Shown one piece after another: positions 19,370-28,388 of a DNA stretch of 64,000 nt (positions within the stretch are counted from its first letter, which is position 1; the number at the start of each line of letters is the position of its first letter). This DNA comes from a virus (lineage: Duplodnaviria > Heunggongvirae > Uroviricota > Caudoviricetes). The notes under the pieces were generated by a model. It had not been told where the DNA came from, ran no database searches, and saw only the letters and a program-made list of their open reading frames with translations. The translations under genes and the position numbers were made by a program. Where the stretch lies: the IMG/VR virus record IMGVR_UViG_3300017655_000275. One strand, 5' to 3'.

Positions 19370-20353
19370 TCAAAAAGGAGAAGGTGAGGGCCCGGTTTCC
19401 TCATTCACGAGTTCGGAGATGTGTCGACGGTAGCCGTTCTGCAGTTCCGCGCAGACTTTGGCATCCCGGGCCCGGTCATATGCCAGGGGCCCGGACCTGA
19501 AACGATCGCCCTTCATTCCCGCTTCTGATCCCGTCACATTGACCTCGCCGCGGATGAAGCGAAAGCCGCTGAAAACCGTCCCCTGATCCTTGGTGACGGC
19601 ATTCATTGTGATCCCTTCGGCCTGGGCGCGAGCAACGAAATCCTGAAAATCAACCGCCTCGCCATATGCCTTCTCGAGATCAGCTTTCAATCTCGCGAGA
19701 TCCTGCCCTGCAGGGGAAGGCAAGGATGTCCTTGCAGGTGGGCCGGCATTGATGCTCGTCCGGGTTTCACCGCGAAGCTGTGATAGATTGGCCTTCCGAT
19801 GGATGCCGGACAAGGGGCTTTGAAGGGCGCGAGCCGTAAGTCCAGGCATGCGTCTTTCCATCGCGATCACGACATCAGCCAGAATGTCTGCATCGAGTAG
19901 CGCGCCATGCTTGCCACGAGGTGGGATCGGAAGGTCGAGCATCCTGACGACATTGTCGAGATTGAGCTTGGCCTTTTTCCCGAATATGGCACCTGCCATT
20001 GGAATGGTGTCGATGAAGGCCGTCCGGCAATCGCGCCCCGCCAGTTGCATCTCATTCAGGACAAATCCCCTGTCGAAACGAGCATTATGGGCGAAGGTCG
20101 GCGATTCCCCGATGAAATCGAGGATTTCATCGCAAAGACTGGCAAACAGCGGCTTGTCGGCAAGAAAACGGTCGGAAAGGCCATGGACCTTCTGCGCCGC
20201 CCAGTTCATCTTGCTCTGGGGGTTGAAATAGGCATGAAATGTCCGGCCGGTTTTCACGAAATCGACAACCTCCACCAAGCCGATTTCGCAGATTCTTCCA
20301 CCCTTGTCGGGGCTGAAACCGGTGGTTTCTGTATCAAGCTTGATCAGACGCAT
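19370..20353 (-). CDS. dnaQ: DnaQ/epsilon-like DEDDh exonuclease with extra C-terminal domain
   Basis: LDTETTG, AHNARFD, HGALLDA motifs. Confidence 0.9.
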   Translation of the reverse strand: MRLIKLDTETTGFSPDKGGRICEIGLVEVVDFVKTGRTFHAYFNPQSKMNWAAQKVHGLSDRFLADKPLFASLCDEILDFIGESPTFAHNARFDRGFVLNEMQLAGRDCRTAFIDTIPMAGAIFGKKAKLNLDNVVRMLDLPIPPRGKHGALLDADILADVVIAMERRMPGLTARALQSPLSGIHRKANLSQLRGETRTSINAGPPARTSLPSPAGQDLARLKADLEKAYGEAVDFQDFVARAQAEGITMNAVTKDQGTVFSGFRFIRGEVNVTGSEAGMKGDRFRSGPLAYDRARDAKVCAELQNGYRRHISELVNEETGPSPSPF

Positions 20354-20886
20354 CAGCCGGGCTCCATTCCGCGATCATCATCGATTTCAGCTCTCTCCTC
20401 GGCGAGATGCGCCGTCCCGCCGAAGTTCATCAGGTTGTAATAATTCTTCAGGAAGTTCACATCGTCCGATTGGGTCTCATATCGGGCAAATTTGCGGCTC
20501 TTGAATGCACGGCGATCGATGATGTCGACCTCGGACCATTTCGCTCCGAACACCTCAAGCTCATCTCCGAGGTAGGCCTCGATCGCCGAAAGACGCTGCT
20601 GCCCATCGATCAGTATGTGGTCGACAGGATCGCCCAATCCGCTCCGGTTGATCGTATAGGTTCCGAGCGGCATGCCGAGCCAGATGCTCTCGATGAAGCG
20701 GGTCTTCTGTTCTTCAGACCAGACCAGGGGGCGCTGCCATTCCGGAACAGGAAAGCCCATGACGGTGCGCAAACCTGCAGGATTGTCGAATTTCGGATCG
20801 AAGTCGGATTTCTGAATAAGGATCGCACCCATGGTTGAGGAGCTGTGAGAACCGAGTTGCAGGGGCTCTGGCATCTTGATCGGCAT
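20353..20886 (-). CDS. Stand-alone DUF262 (ParB-like/GmrS-type) domain protein
   Basis: VPEWQRPLVW, FIESIWLGMPLG, LIDGQQRLSAI. Confidence 0.85.
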   Translation of the reverse strand: MPIKMPEPLQLGSHSSSTMGAILIQKSDFDPKFDNPAGLRTVMGFPVPEWQRPLVWSEEQKTRFIESIWLGMPLGTYTINRSGLGDPVDHILIDGQQRLSAIEAYLGDELEVFGAKWSEVDIIDRRAFKSRKFARYETQSDDVNFLKNYYNLMNFGGTAHLAEERAEIDDDRGMEPG

Positions 20887-20960
20887 GCGGAAATCCTTTC
20901 GCACTCTACCCGGTGAGCATAGGGATGAACCGGGAAAGATGCAATTTCGCAAATTTATAT

Positions 20961-20987
20961 TCTCACCGCAGCAGAGCTGCGGTGAGA
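20961..20987 (-). terminator. Terminator after nadE
   Basis: Perfect 12-bp stem TCTCACCGCAGC-AGA-GCTGCGGTGAGA. Confidence 0.75.
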
Positions 20988-21003
20988 GGTTTCCTCCGGC
21001 TCA

Positions 21004-22002
21004 TCAGATGAATTCGAGACCATTCCTGGTCAGAAGGCCTTTGTCGATCTCATCCAGCAAGCGGAACCGCAGATGGTTCGGACCCGCGTAGAATGCCGGG
21101 TTCTTGCGCTTGAACCAGGTTCCTCCCAGCCTCGCATATGCGAGGTCGAACACCCGTTTGGCATGACCGTCTTCACCAAAGGTCTTTGCCATCCAGTCGC
21201 CTGGATCTCTGGAGAGATCGTCCTGGTGCACCAGGATCTGATGCATCATCAAATCCCATTCGAGATAGCTGCACCCGATCTGAGCTTCGTCGCCGGCGTC
21301 GATGCCAAGACCGTCGGTTGGCGTCGCCCGCCACGTCCGCTCGGGGACGCCGATTTCCCTGGACATGGCAGGAACTTCCCAGGACTTCAGGAAGCCCTGA
21401 AGGGGGGAAATATCACCCACATCGCCGTGCAATGTCCAGAAACCGGCCGTCAGTTCGGAGAAGTTATCCGTCGATGCCACGACGGCACCGGTCGATCTGG
21501 CCCGATCGTAGAGCGTGATCATCCGCAGCCTCGCGCGGATATTGCCTCGCCGGATCCTGGCATCCTTGCTGTCATCCAGGATGCTGGGATCGCTGGCCGA
21601 TTGCGCCTCCAGCATTGCATCATACATCGGGCTGAGATCAAAACCGATATGAGCGATGCCGGCTGCCTCGCAGGCCTCCACCCCACGCTCGGTTTCGATG
21701 GGTTCCTGGTGGATCGGCAAGGTCATGCCCGTGACCTGCCAGCCCGCCTTGGCAAAAAGATGCGCGGTCAGAGCGGAATCCACGCCGCCAGACATGCCGA
21801 GCCAGACTTTCGAGACGCCGTGCGTGGTTCTGTAGAGCTCGAGCTCATGAACCAGGTTGTCGACATCGGTCGCCAACTGAGGAACCGCGCGGAAGCCGCC
21901 ATTGGTAATCCAGTGGTCGAATCTCATCTGAAACCAGGGGGACAGTTGAGGCCTGGCGGCTTGACGGGACAGGTCAAGAACGTCTTCCTTGAGATCGCGC
22001 AT
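21004..22002 (-). CDS. nadE: NH3-dependent NAD(+) synthetase NadE (no glutaminase domain)
   Basis: LGMSGGVDSA, GNIRARLRM, STDNFSE...GFWTLHGD, PTDGL. Confidence 0.92.
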   Translation of the reverse strand: MRDLKEDVLDLSRQAARPQLSPWFQMRFDHWITNGGFRAVPQLATDVDNLVHELELYRTTHGVSKVWLGMSGGVDSALTAHLFAKAGWQVTGMTLPIHQEPIETERGVEACEAAGIAHIGFDLSPMYDAMLEAQSASDPSILDDSKDARIRRGNIRARLRMITLYDRARSTGAVVASTDNFSELTAGFWTLHGDVGDISPLQGFLKSWEVPAMSREIGVPERTWRATPTDGLGIDAGDEAQIGCSYLEWDLMMHQILVHQDDLSRDPGDWMAKTFGEDGHAKRVFDLAYARLGGTWFKRKNPAFYAGPNHLRFRLLDEIDKGLLTRNGLEFI

Positions 22003-22017
22003 GGGATGTATCCTTTC

Positions 22018-22045
22018 CTACTTATAGTCAATCTACAAATAAGTC
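22018..22045. promoter_or_regulatory. Putative NAD-regulon operator upstream of nadE, overlapping a TTCACA-N17-TAGATT promoter on the minus strand
   Basis: CTACTTATAGTCAATCTACAAATAAGTC; 24/28 identical to the site upstream of pncB. Confidence 0.75.
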
Positions 22046-22078
22046 GGACATCTGTGAAGAGGGAAAATTCCCATCGAC

Positions 22079-22960
22079 TCAGATTTGCTCCTTCATTGCG
22101 GTTTCCAAGGTTATCCCGCGCTCCGCGAGAAGTCTTGCCAGCATGTCCTCGGTGCCACTGAATTCAGCTTCGGCCGGAGCAAGCCTTTGGCCGCATGCGT
22201 CCAGGATGCGGCGCGCCAGGTTCTCGTCCCCCATGATGGCAAACTGTAGCGCTTCCGGCGGAAGAGACCTGATCAGATCGAGGAAGTCGTTTCCCGCTCG
22301 CCCAATTTCGAGGATTTCCTCGATATCATGCCAGATTTCGCTCACAGGAACGGATCCGTCAGGGAGATCGCCCTCGATCCTTTCCTCGAAGAAATCCGGA
22401 ACTGACAATTGCAAGACGGATGCGGACCACAGTGAGCTGATGACCGAGACACCGGCTGTGAATGCGGCCGGATCGCTCAATGCCCGGTGAAGACCAGGTG
22501 CGCCTCCTGCCAACTGGGCCACGTAGCCGGAGAACAGGGGGATAGCCGCAAGCAATTCCCATGCCGGGGCGGAGTCCGGAGCGAGATGCGTGTAGCCATT
22601 TCCCATCTCGCTTGCCAGGCGCAGTCTTTCCGTCGACGACAGGTCGGCTTCAGCAAGACTCTGGGAGCGCATCAGCTCTTCGAAGCCGACAGGCAATTCC
22701 TGTTGAGCAAAAGCCGATAGAAAAGCGTCTTCAATGCTGCCGTCGTCAAGGAAGGTCCTGACCATATCCAGATGGCATTTCGCAAACCAATCATCTTTTC
22801 CTTCCATCGGCAAAAGTCGCATGCTGAGGCAGGGGTAGGTGGCCGAAATATCCTTGACCGCTTCCTGCATGCGTTTGCTCTGATAAGCCGGAGGAATAGC
22901 ATCATTGTCGATTCTGTCCGGGATGGCCCAATTAAGTAGGGCCTTCAAGTTTCGCAACAT
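22079..22960 (-). CDS. Hypothetical protein, 293 aa
   Basis: Long ORF, no recognised motif. Confidence 0.7.
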   Translation of the reverse strand: MLRNLKALLNWAIPDRIDNDAIPPAYQSKRMQEAVKDISATYPCLSMRLLPMEGKDDWFAKCHLDMVRTFLDDGSIEDAFLSAFAQQELPVGFEELMRSQSLAEADLSSTERLRLASEMGNGYTHLAPDSAPAWELLAAIPLFSGYVAQLAGGAPGLHRALSDPAAFTAGVSVISSLWSASVLQLSVPDFFEERIEGDLPDGSVPVSEIWHDIEEILEIGRAGNDFLDLIRSLPPEALQFAIMGDENLARRILDACGQRLAPAEAEFSGTEDMLARLLAERGITLETAMKEQI

Positions 22961-23057
22961 CTGTCATCCTGTTTCGCTGGCCGCGCCTATCCTTCGAAGA
23001 TCAGCACGACCAGGAAAAATGAAAGATTTTCCACGGCAGTATCTGCTTGTCCGGCCC

Positions 23058-24206
23058 TCAGGTCGGCCGGAGTTCGGAAAAGTCGCTGACAGTGCCGAAC
23101 TCGAGCCTCTCACCGATGCGGTCGAGAACTCCGTTCTGATAGGCTTTGGCGTAAGAACCCTGATGATGTGCTCTCCATGCCTTCATGCTGTCGATCTTTT
23201 CACCCTGTTCCGTTTCGAACCCAGCGACGAAATCGGTCAGGAATTCGACCAGTTCATCAACATCCTTTGGATATTCAAGATATTTTCGGCCACTGTCATG
23301 GCGATGCATGGTAATTCCCAGGCGATCCATAACATCGCGATGAAGCCCTCGCCGTCTCGCCACAGCCAGTGAAGACGGATAGACGGCCTCCCATTTCGTC
23401 AGGGATGTAATCACACCGCTCTCGACATGTTCGGAAAGACGGCGCGCAACTTCCTCCACGAATTCCTCATCATCATCCGGATAGGCTTCCCGCATACCCC
23501 TATGTGCGAAGTCATGGTTTATCTTCTCCCGCTGGGGACTGGGCGCGACCGCCATGTTGTCGTAGTCCGTCCAGCCGAATTCGGATGCGATCCGTCCCAC
23601 GATCTTTCTGCGCATCGCTGTTCTGAAGTTGACGGGATCCTCCGTCTTCCATTCGGCAATCGACGACAATGGCATCCCGTTCGGGAACCGTTTTCTCGCA
23701 GTATTATCGCAAATATGGTTGAAAAAATCCGGCCCAGACCGTCCGGTTGCGGGGATGAATGCGCACCACTCCTGGACCGGCCTGGATGCCCACTGCATTC
23801 GAACAGCAATTCGGTCGAGCATGTCCATCGACATGGCGATCTCGTAGCCGATCTCATCCCGCATTTTCCAGTCATCGAAATCGCGGGGGGGTCTTCCGCG
23901 AGGGGCAGATGTTCTCACCCAGTCGACCAGGAAATTGAGCTGATTGTATGGGGTGGTCCGGAAGTCCGCCGGTCGGGAGGATGAAATTCCGAACTGGTCC
24001 ATGATCCCCTGCGTGAGATCATTGTTGCGCGCGCTCATCCATCCGGCGCGGTCGACGGTCCACCATTCGGCGACAGTCGTAACGGTGAGATTTCTCGCCG
24101 AGCTGATTCTCGACAATCTTTCCGAAATCCGTTTCAATGCAGAAGAATATTTTTCGCTATCGCTCCCGCCCTTGTCGGAAGCGACCCTGTGGTCTGGATA
24201 GTTCAT
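23058..24206 (-). CDS. Helical repeat protein (about five 60-aa units), paralog B
   Basis: Repeated S/T-x2-EW-x3-D-x2-Y-x2-A pattern; probable start MNYPD. Confidence 0.75.
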   Translation of the reverse strand: MNYPDHRVASDKGGSDSEKYSSALKRISERLSRISSARNLTVTTVAEWWTVDRAGWMSARNNDLTQGIMDQFGISSSRPADFRTTPYNQLNFLVDWVRTSAPRGRPPRDFDDWKMRDEIGYEIAMSMDMLDRIAVRMQWASRPVQEWCAFIPATGRSGPDFFNHICDNTARKRFPNGMPLSSIAEWKTEDPVNFRTAMRRKIVGRIASEFGWTDYDNMAVAPSPQREKINHDFAHRGMREAYPDDDEEFVEEVARRLSEHVESGVITSLTKWEAVYPSSLAVARRRGLHRDVMDRLGITMHRHDSGRKYLEYPKDVDELVEFLTDFVAGFETEQGEKIDSMKAWRAHHQGSYAKAYQNGVLDRIGERLEFGTVSDFSELRPT

Positions 24207-24327
24207 CTTAATCCGTTTACGTGGTTCGTGAGATTCGGCGGATATTCGCCTATAGGCGGTGATAGGGGAGTTCATCTCGCGTTGCAATCGATTGTAGCAC
24301 ACAACCGGCATGCGTGTTCGAAACGCC

Positions 24328-25470
24328 TCAGTCCGCGATCTCTGCCGCGGTCGGCTGCTCATGCCGCTCCGATTTGTAGGTGATTTCCATGGCCTTGGCG
24401 ATCGCGGGGAACAGACCGCGCTCGACTGCCCTGGTGTATGACATCGGATGATAACGATACCAGTCCAGGGCAGAGGTTATCTTCTGTCCTTTCTTCGTGC
24501 GGATATTTCGAACGATATCCGTCACGAAACGGATGAACATCTCATCGGTGCTTGGAAAGGCAATGACGTTCCTGAACCTCCTGGCCTTGATCCGCCCGCC
24601 AGTGAACTTCTCCATGATCTGGTAGTGCAGGTTGCGCTCAACCGCTTCTCCGTAACAGGCCTTGTCGATCTTTCTCCATTCCACCAGGCTGTTCACAACG
24701 CGCCTGCCGGCTCTCCGCCTGAGCCGTTCGACGCCGAAGTCGATGAATTGCTCCCTGTCCTTGGGATATCGTGCAGACGGGTCCGCCGCCTCTCGCTTCT
24801 GCTTGGCCTTCTCGGCTTTTGTCAGCCGGATCTTGAAGTTTCTGTCGAGTGTGGGCTCCACCCATCTGAACTCGCACAGGATACGATAGACAAGCCGAAG
24901 CTTCTCGGCCGTCCTGTAATTGCTGAAGTCCTTCATCGCCCACTCGGTCGATGAGGAAATCGGCATGCCATCTTCGGCGCGATAGGCAGCGACATTGGCG
25001 CAAAGCGCCTCGCATGCTTCTTCAAGATCGAGATCGTGCATCACGAGTACGGCCTGCCAGGCCTCTCGCGGCTTGCCTTTCCATTTGAACGTTACGCAGA
25101 GCTTTTCGATCAGGTCATGCGTTGCCGCATGGTCGTAGGCAAGGGGGTCGGCCTCTTTCCATTGACGGAGTGTGGAAGGAATACCCTTGCCTCCAGCATT
25201 GATGAGCCGGATCCTGTCAATCAGATAGTTGTAAAGGTCAGCCCTGCCATCCGGAAATATCGCATCCCCGCCATTCCTGATGCCGAACCTGTTCATCACC
25301 TGATCAAGCATGCCCGCGCGCGACGCCAGCAGCCAGCTTTCGCGATCGTAGATCCACCAGTCGGCGCCTGTGAGGATAGATACGGCCTCCCGCTGTTCGC
25401 AATGCAAAATGCGGCGTCTCACCTCTTCGAGAAGGTTGGGCGAATTGCTGGAGCGGGATGGGAGGCCCAT
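24328..25470 (-). CDS. Helical repeat protein (about five 60-aa units), paralog A
   Basis: Same repeat unit as the downstream paralog. Confidence 0.78.
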   Translation of the reverse strand: MGLPSRSSNSPNLLEEVRRRILHCEQREAVSILTGADWWIYDRESWLLASRAGMLDQVMNRFGIRNGGDAIFPDGRADLYNYLIDRIRLINAGGKGIPSTLRQWKEADPLAYDHAATHDLIEKLCVTFKWKGKPREAWQAVLVMHDLDLEEACEALCANVAAYRAEDGMPISSSTEWAMKDFSNYRTAEKLRLVYRILCEFRWVEPTLDRNFKIRLTKAEKAKQKREAADPSARYPKDREQFIDFGVERLRRRAGRRVVNSLVEWRKIDKACYGEAVERNLHYQIMEKFTGGRIKARRFRNVIAFPSTDEMFIRFVTDIVRNIRTKKGQKITSALDWYRYHPMSYTRAVERGLFPAIAKAMEITYKSERHEQPTAAEIAD

Positions 25471-25544
25471 GGAGATCGACTTCCGATTTTACATAGATGG
25501 ATCATCCATAGGGCAAACGTGACCGTTCATGCAATCCCGCATCG

Positions 25545-25607
25545 CTGACCAACCACGTCGCGCGACAAGCCCCCTCCAAGCTACGGCATGGGTGGGGGGG
25601 GTCATGA
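25545..25607 (-). repeat. About 62-bp structured intergenic element, copy 1
   Basis: Reverse complement matches 34769-34829 (shared GCTTGGAGGGGGCTTGTCGCG and ACGTGGTTGGTCAG). Confidence 0.85.
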
Positions 25608-25756
25608 AGGATTGCGGGCGAACATGCAGCAAGAGAAGCTCGCTCCGAGCGACCTGGCGCGGGAAGGATTTTCCAGTCATGGAAAGGCCCCCAGGACATT
25701 AATCACGCAAAACTTTCGCATGGAGAGTATATCCTGTATCCAAAAAGGAGGTTCCC

Positions 25757-26524
25757 ATGCATATTCCGTTTCCGCCGACGCTTGCCGGCATTTCCGCGCG
25801 CAGTGCCCGCGAGGCGGTAAGAACCAGACAAGAAAAAGCCAGGGGCCAACGGGCATACATTCCCCAGGACAGGGACGATACGCATGACATCGCCGGCTAC
25901 ATGACCCCGGACGGCAAGGTGCATCTCGTCCACGACGTCTACAATCCGACGATGCCGGACGCTGCAGAACCCGGCCTGGGAACCATGGTGAGCGAGCTCA
26001 AGCACTATCCAAACGACTCGTCGATGTATGTTTCCCATATCCAGGATTTCCGTCCGATGTCGCTCCTTCAGGACCAGGGTATGGTCGTCGATGAGACTTC
26101 AGCCGCCATCGTCACCAGGGACGGTGAGACCGCCATCCTCATCGCGACTGACCGAAGAGAGATGAATCACATGCTGGACGAGATCGCCGGTCACGATATT
26201 CTTGTCGCACATGGCAATATCGTTCTGCACAATGTTGCTCCAGGAGAAGCCGTGGCGTGGTTTGGCGCGACCAACACCGTTGGGGGCGGAGTCGAGATCC
26301 GCGGTGCAATGAGCAGGGAAGATCTCGCGGAAACCCTGTCGGAACGCTACGCCTTCATCGACAGGGGACGAAACTGTGACGATTTTCTCGCCAACCTGGA
26401 GAGGCATGCCGAGAACGCGGGGTGGTCACTCGCAATCCAGAGCCGCAGCGACATGGTTCACGTATTCGAATCGAAATTTGGCGTGAAACTCTCGATCGGC
26501 ACCTTTGATTCGCCAGGATTTTGA
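25757..26524 (+). CDS. Hypothetical protein, 255 aa
   Basis: AAGGAGG RBS; no recognised motif. Confidence 0.75.
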   Translation: MHIPFPPTLAGISARSAREAVRTRQEKARGQRAYIPQDRDDTHDIAGYMTPDGKVHLVHDVYNPTMPDAAEPGLGTMVSELKHYPNDSSMYVSHIQDFRPMSLLQDQGMVVDETSAAIVTRDGETAILIATDRREMNHMLDEIAGHDILVAHGNIVLHNVAPGEAVAWFGATNTVGGGVEIRGAMSREDLAETLSERYAFIDRGRNCDDFLANLERHAENAGWSLAIQSRSDMVHVFESKFGVKLSIGTFDSPGF

Positions 26525-26535
26525 TTGGCGTTCAT

Positions 26536-26562
26536 GGAAAGCGCGCCGGCGGCGCACTTTCC
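26536..26562. terminator. Terminator-like hairpin between convergent genes
   Basis: GGAAAGCGCGCC-GGC-GGCGCACTTTCC. Confidence 0.65.
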
Positions 26563-26574
26563 GATTCCTGCCGG

Positions 26575-27006
26575 TCAGGCGGAATTGATCTCGATGGACC
26601 TTGCCTGCTTGGCCTCGGGGATCTCCCTCTCGAGGTCGATATGGAGCAGGCCGTCGGCGAGGTTTGCGCCACTCACTTTCACATGCTCAGTCAGATGGAA
26701 TACCTGCTTGAATGAACGTTGGGCAATGCCCTGGTGGAGGTAGCTACGCGCTTTCTCTTCTGCCTTCTTGGAGCCCGCAATCAGCAAGCTGTCCTGCTCC
26801 GTCGTGACCTGCAGCTCCTCCGCGCTGAACCCGGCCACGGCAATGGTGATGCGATAGCTGTTCTCGTCGATCTTTTCGACATTGTGAGGTGGGAAATTCG
26901 ACAGGGCGCTTCCACCGATCGTGCAGGCGCGATTGAGGAAATTCGAGAGATGGTCGATGCCGATATTCGAGCGATAGAGCGGCGAAAGATCGAAGCGAGC
27001 GTTCAT
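26575..27006 (-). CDS. ibpA: Small heat-shock protein IbpA (Hsp20)
   Basis: FDLSPLYRS, FPPHNVEK, YLHQGIAQRSF, LADGLLHIDL. Confidence 0.95.
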   Translation of the reverse strand: MNARFDLSPLYRSNIGIDHLSNFLNRACTIGGSALSNFPPHNVEKIDENSYRITIAVAGFSAEELQVTTEQDSLLIAGSKKAEEKARSYLHQGIAQRSFKQVFHLTEHVKVSGANLADGLLHIDLEREIPEAKQARSIEINSA

Positions 27007-27066
27007 TGGACATCCTTTCCAGCAATGTGATCGCTATTCCACCCGGACCCGTTATGGCACCCGGTG
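27007..27066 (-). promoter_or_regulatory. ROSE-like RNA thermometer in the ibpA 5'UTR
   Basis: Last hairpin ACAU-UGCU-GGAA-AGGA-UGU pairs U(U)GCU (bulged G) with the AGGA Shine-Dalgarno. Confidence 0.75.
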
Positions 27067-27072
27067 CATCCC

Positions 27073-27100
27073 ATCTAGGATGAGGCATGAATCTTTCAAT
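27073..27100 (-). promoter_or_regulatory. RpoH (sigma32)-type promoter of ibpA
   Basis: ATTGAA-N15-CCTAGAT on the minus strand, close to the alphaproteobacterial CTTGAA-N15/16-CCTATAT consensus. Confidence 0.6.
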
Positions 27101-27129
27101 AAAATTCGCATGAAATTTTTAACTACGTC

Positions 27130-28329
27130 CTATCCTATTTTGGCCGTCACCCGGTGGATGACCGGCTGATCCAGTGTGCCACGCCAATGGGCCTTGCGCC
27201 AAACGAGCTTTCCGCTCCGGGCAAGAAAGAGATGACCCCTCACTGGATGGCGAACCCTGTTTCCGTGATGGCCCTTTCCTGTTGCGGCGCCATCAAGGGA
27301 AGCCGTGAACGCTTCTTCGTGCTCGGTCATATCGAAGGCGAGGGTGACAACGCGAAGCTGACCCGGACGCGCTTCCTGGCGTTCTCTTTCCGCCGCTTTC
27401 GTTCCGGTCGGTGCGAGACGCTCTCCTAGAGCCTGCTTCTCTGCAGCTGCCCGCGTGACGAAGGCGATCTCTCGTGCCTCCGCGGAAAGAAGGGCCAGCA
27501 TTGCGATCACATGAAGGCCAATGCGGAGAGGATCGATGAACTGCACCACACCATGATCCTGGACAGATCCGATTCCAATCGGCGGAGTCTCAGGCCCTGC
27601 GCTCTCCAGCAGGTCAAGGAACCGAGCCATTCTCCAGTATTGATCCATGACGTCGCTCTTCGCGCGGATGCCGCTTGCCGCAGCCACGGCGGCTCGACAC
27701 TCATCCAGGATGGCATCACCGCGTGCCTGGCTTTCGACAATGACCTGGAATTCCTCGCGAGACATCCCGGTTCGACGCCCCATCTCGACCCGACCGACAA
27801 CCATGGGATCAATTATCCGCAGGCACTGGTTCAGCTTTTGACGAATGGATACCGGCGCCTCTGTCACGTCGCCATCACGGAGATGCTCACGGCGGCCGCT
27901 GACAGATCCCAAGCCTTTCATCAGGAATGGTCGAAACTCCATCCTTCCAACCCCAAGGATATCGACCATGACACCGATGCGGTCCTCGGGCTCCAGGGAC
28001 AGGGAGGCTGCCGGGTCGATAAACCCCCTGATCTTGGAAAGGGCAGCCTGTCCCTCCTCTGCCGGCGCCTCCAGGAAGATCTTCATGGGTTCGAGTGTCA
28101 CCGCTTCGATCAGGCGTTCCATGCGCTCAGGAGTGTCGATCCGCAAATCGGATGCGGCAACAAGGGCACGCCCTGTGAATGCATATATCTGACGTTCATC
28201 AAGCATGGAGGCCAGAGAAGCTGTATTCCTGACGATCGCCCGCACGTCATTGCCGACTTTCGCCGCAGGCGGCACCCGCAGGGACTTCATTGCGGTCAAG
28301 GCGTCAGCGATGTATTCGATCCGGCGCAT
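27130..28329 (-). CDS. Hypothetical protein with C-terminal HPVRGH...VWRKAHWRG motif
   Basis: 399-aa ORF; basic His/Trp terminal motif of a kind I recall from phage hypothetical proteins. Confidence 0.75.
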   Translation of the reverse strand: MRRIEYIADALTAMKSLRVPPAAKVGNDVRAIVRNTASLASMLDERQIYAFTGRALVAASDLRIDTPERMERLIEAVTLEPMKIFLEAPAEEGQAALSKIRGFIDPAASLSLEPEDRIGVMVDILGVGRMEFRPFLMKGLGSVSGRREHLRDGDVTEAPVSIRQKLNQCLRIIDPMVVGRVEMGRRTGMSREEFQVIVESQARGDAILDECRAAVAAASGIRAKSDVMDQYWRMARFLDLLESAGPETPPIGIGSVQDHGVVQFIDPLRIGLHVIAMLALLSAEAREIAFVTRAAAEKQALGERLAPTGTKAAERERQEARPGQLRVVTLAFDMTEHEEAFTASLDGAATGKGHHGNRVRHPVRGHLFLARSGKLVWRKAHWRGTLDQPVIHRVTAKIG

Positions 28330-28388
28330 TACATGGAATCCTCGACAGAAGCCTCATCTTCCGTTACAGGTTTTCGCAAGCATGTTCA

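Noticed and set aside
25505-25545. GGGCAAAC as the start of a c-di-GMP-I riboswitch
   Set aside because: No GNRA-capped P2 and no GACGCAAAG segment follow
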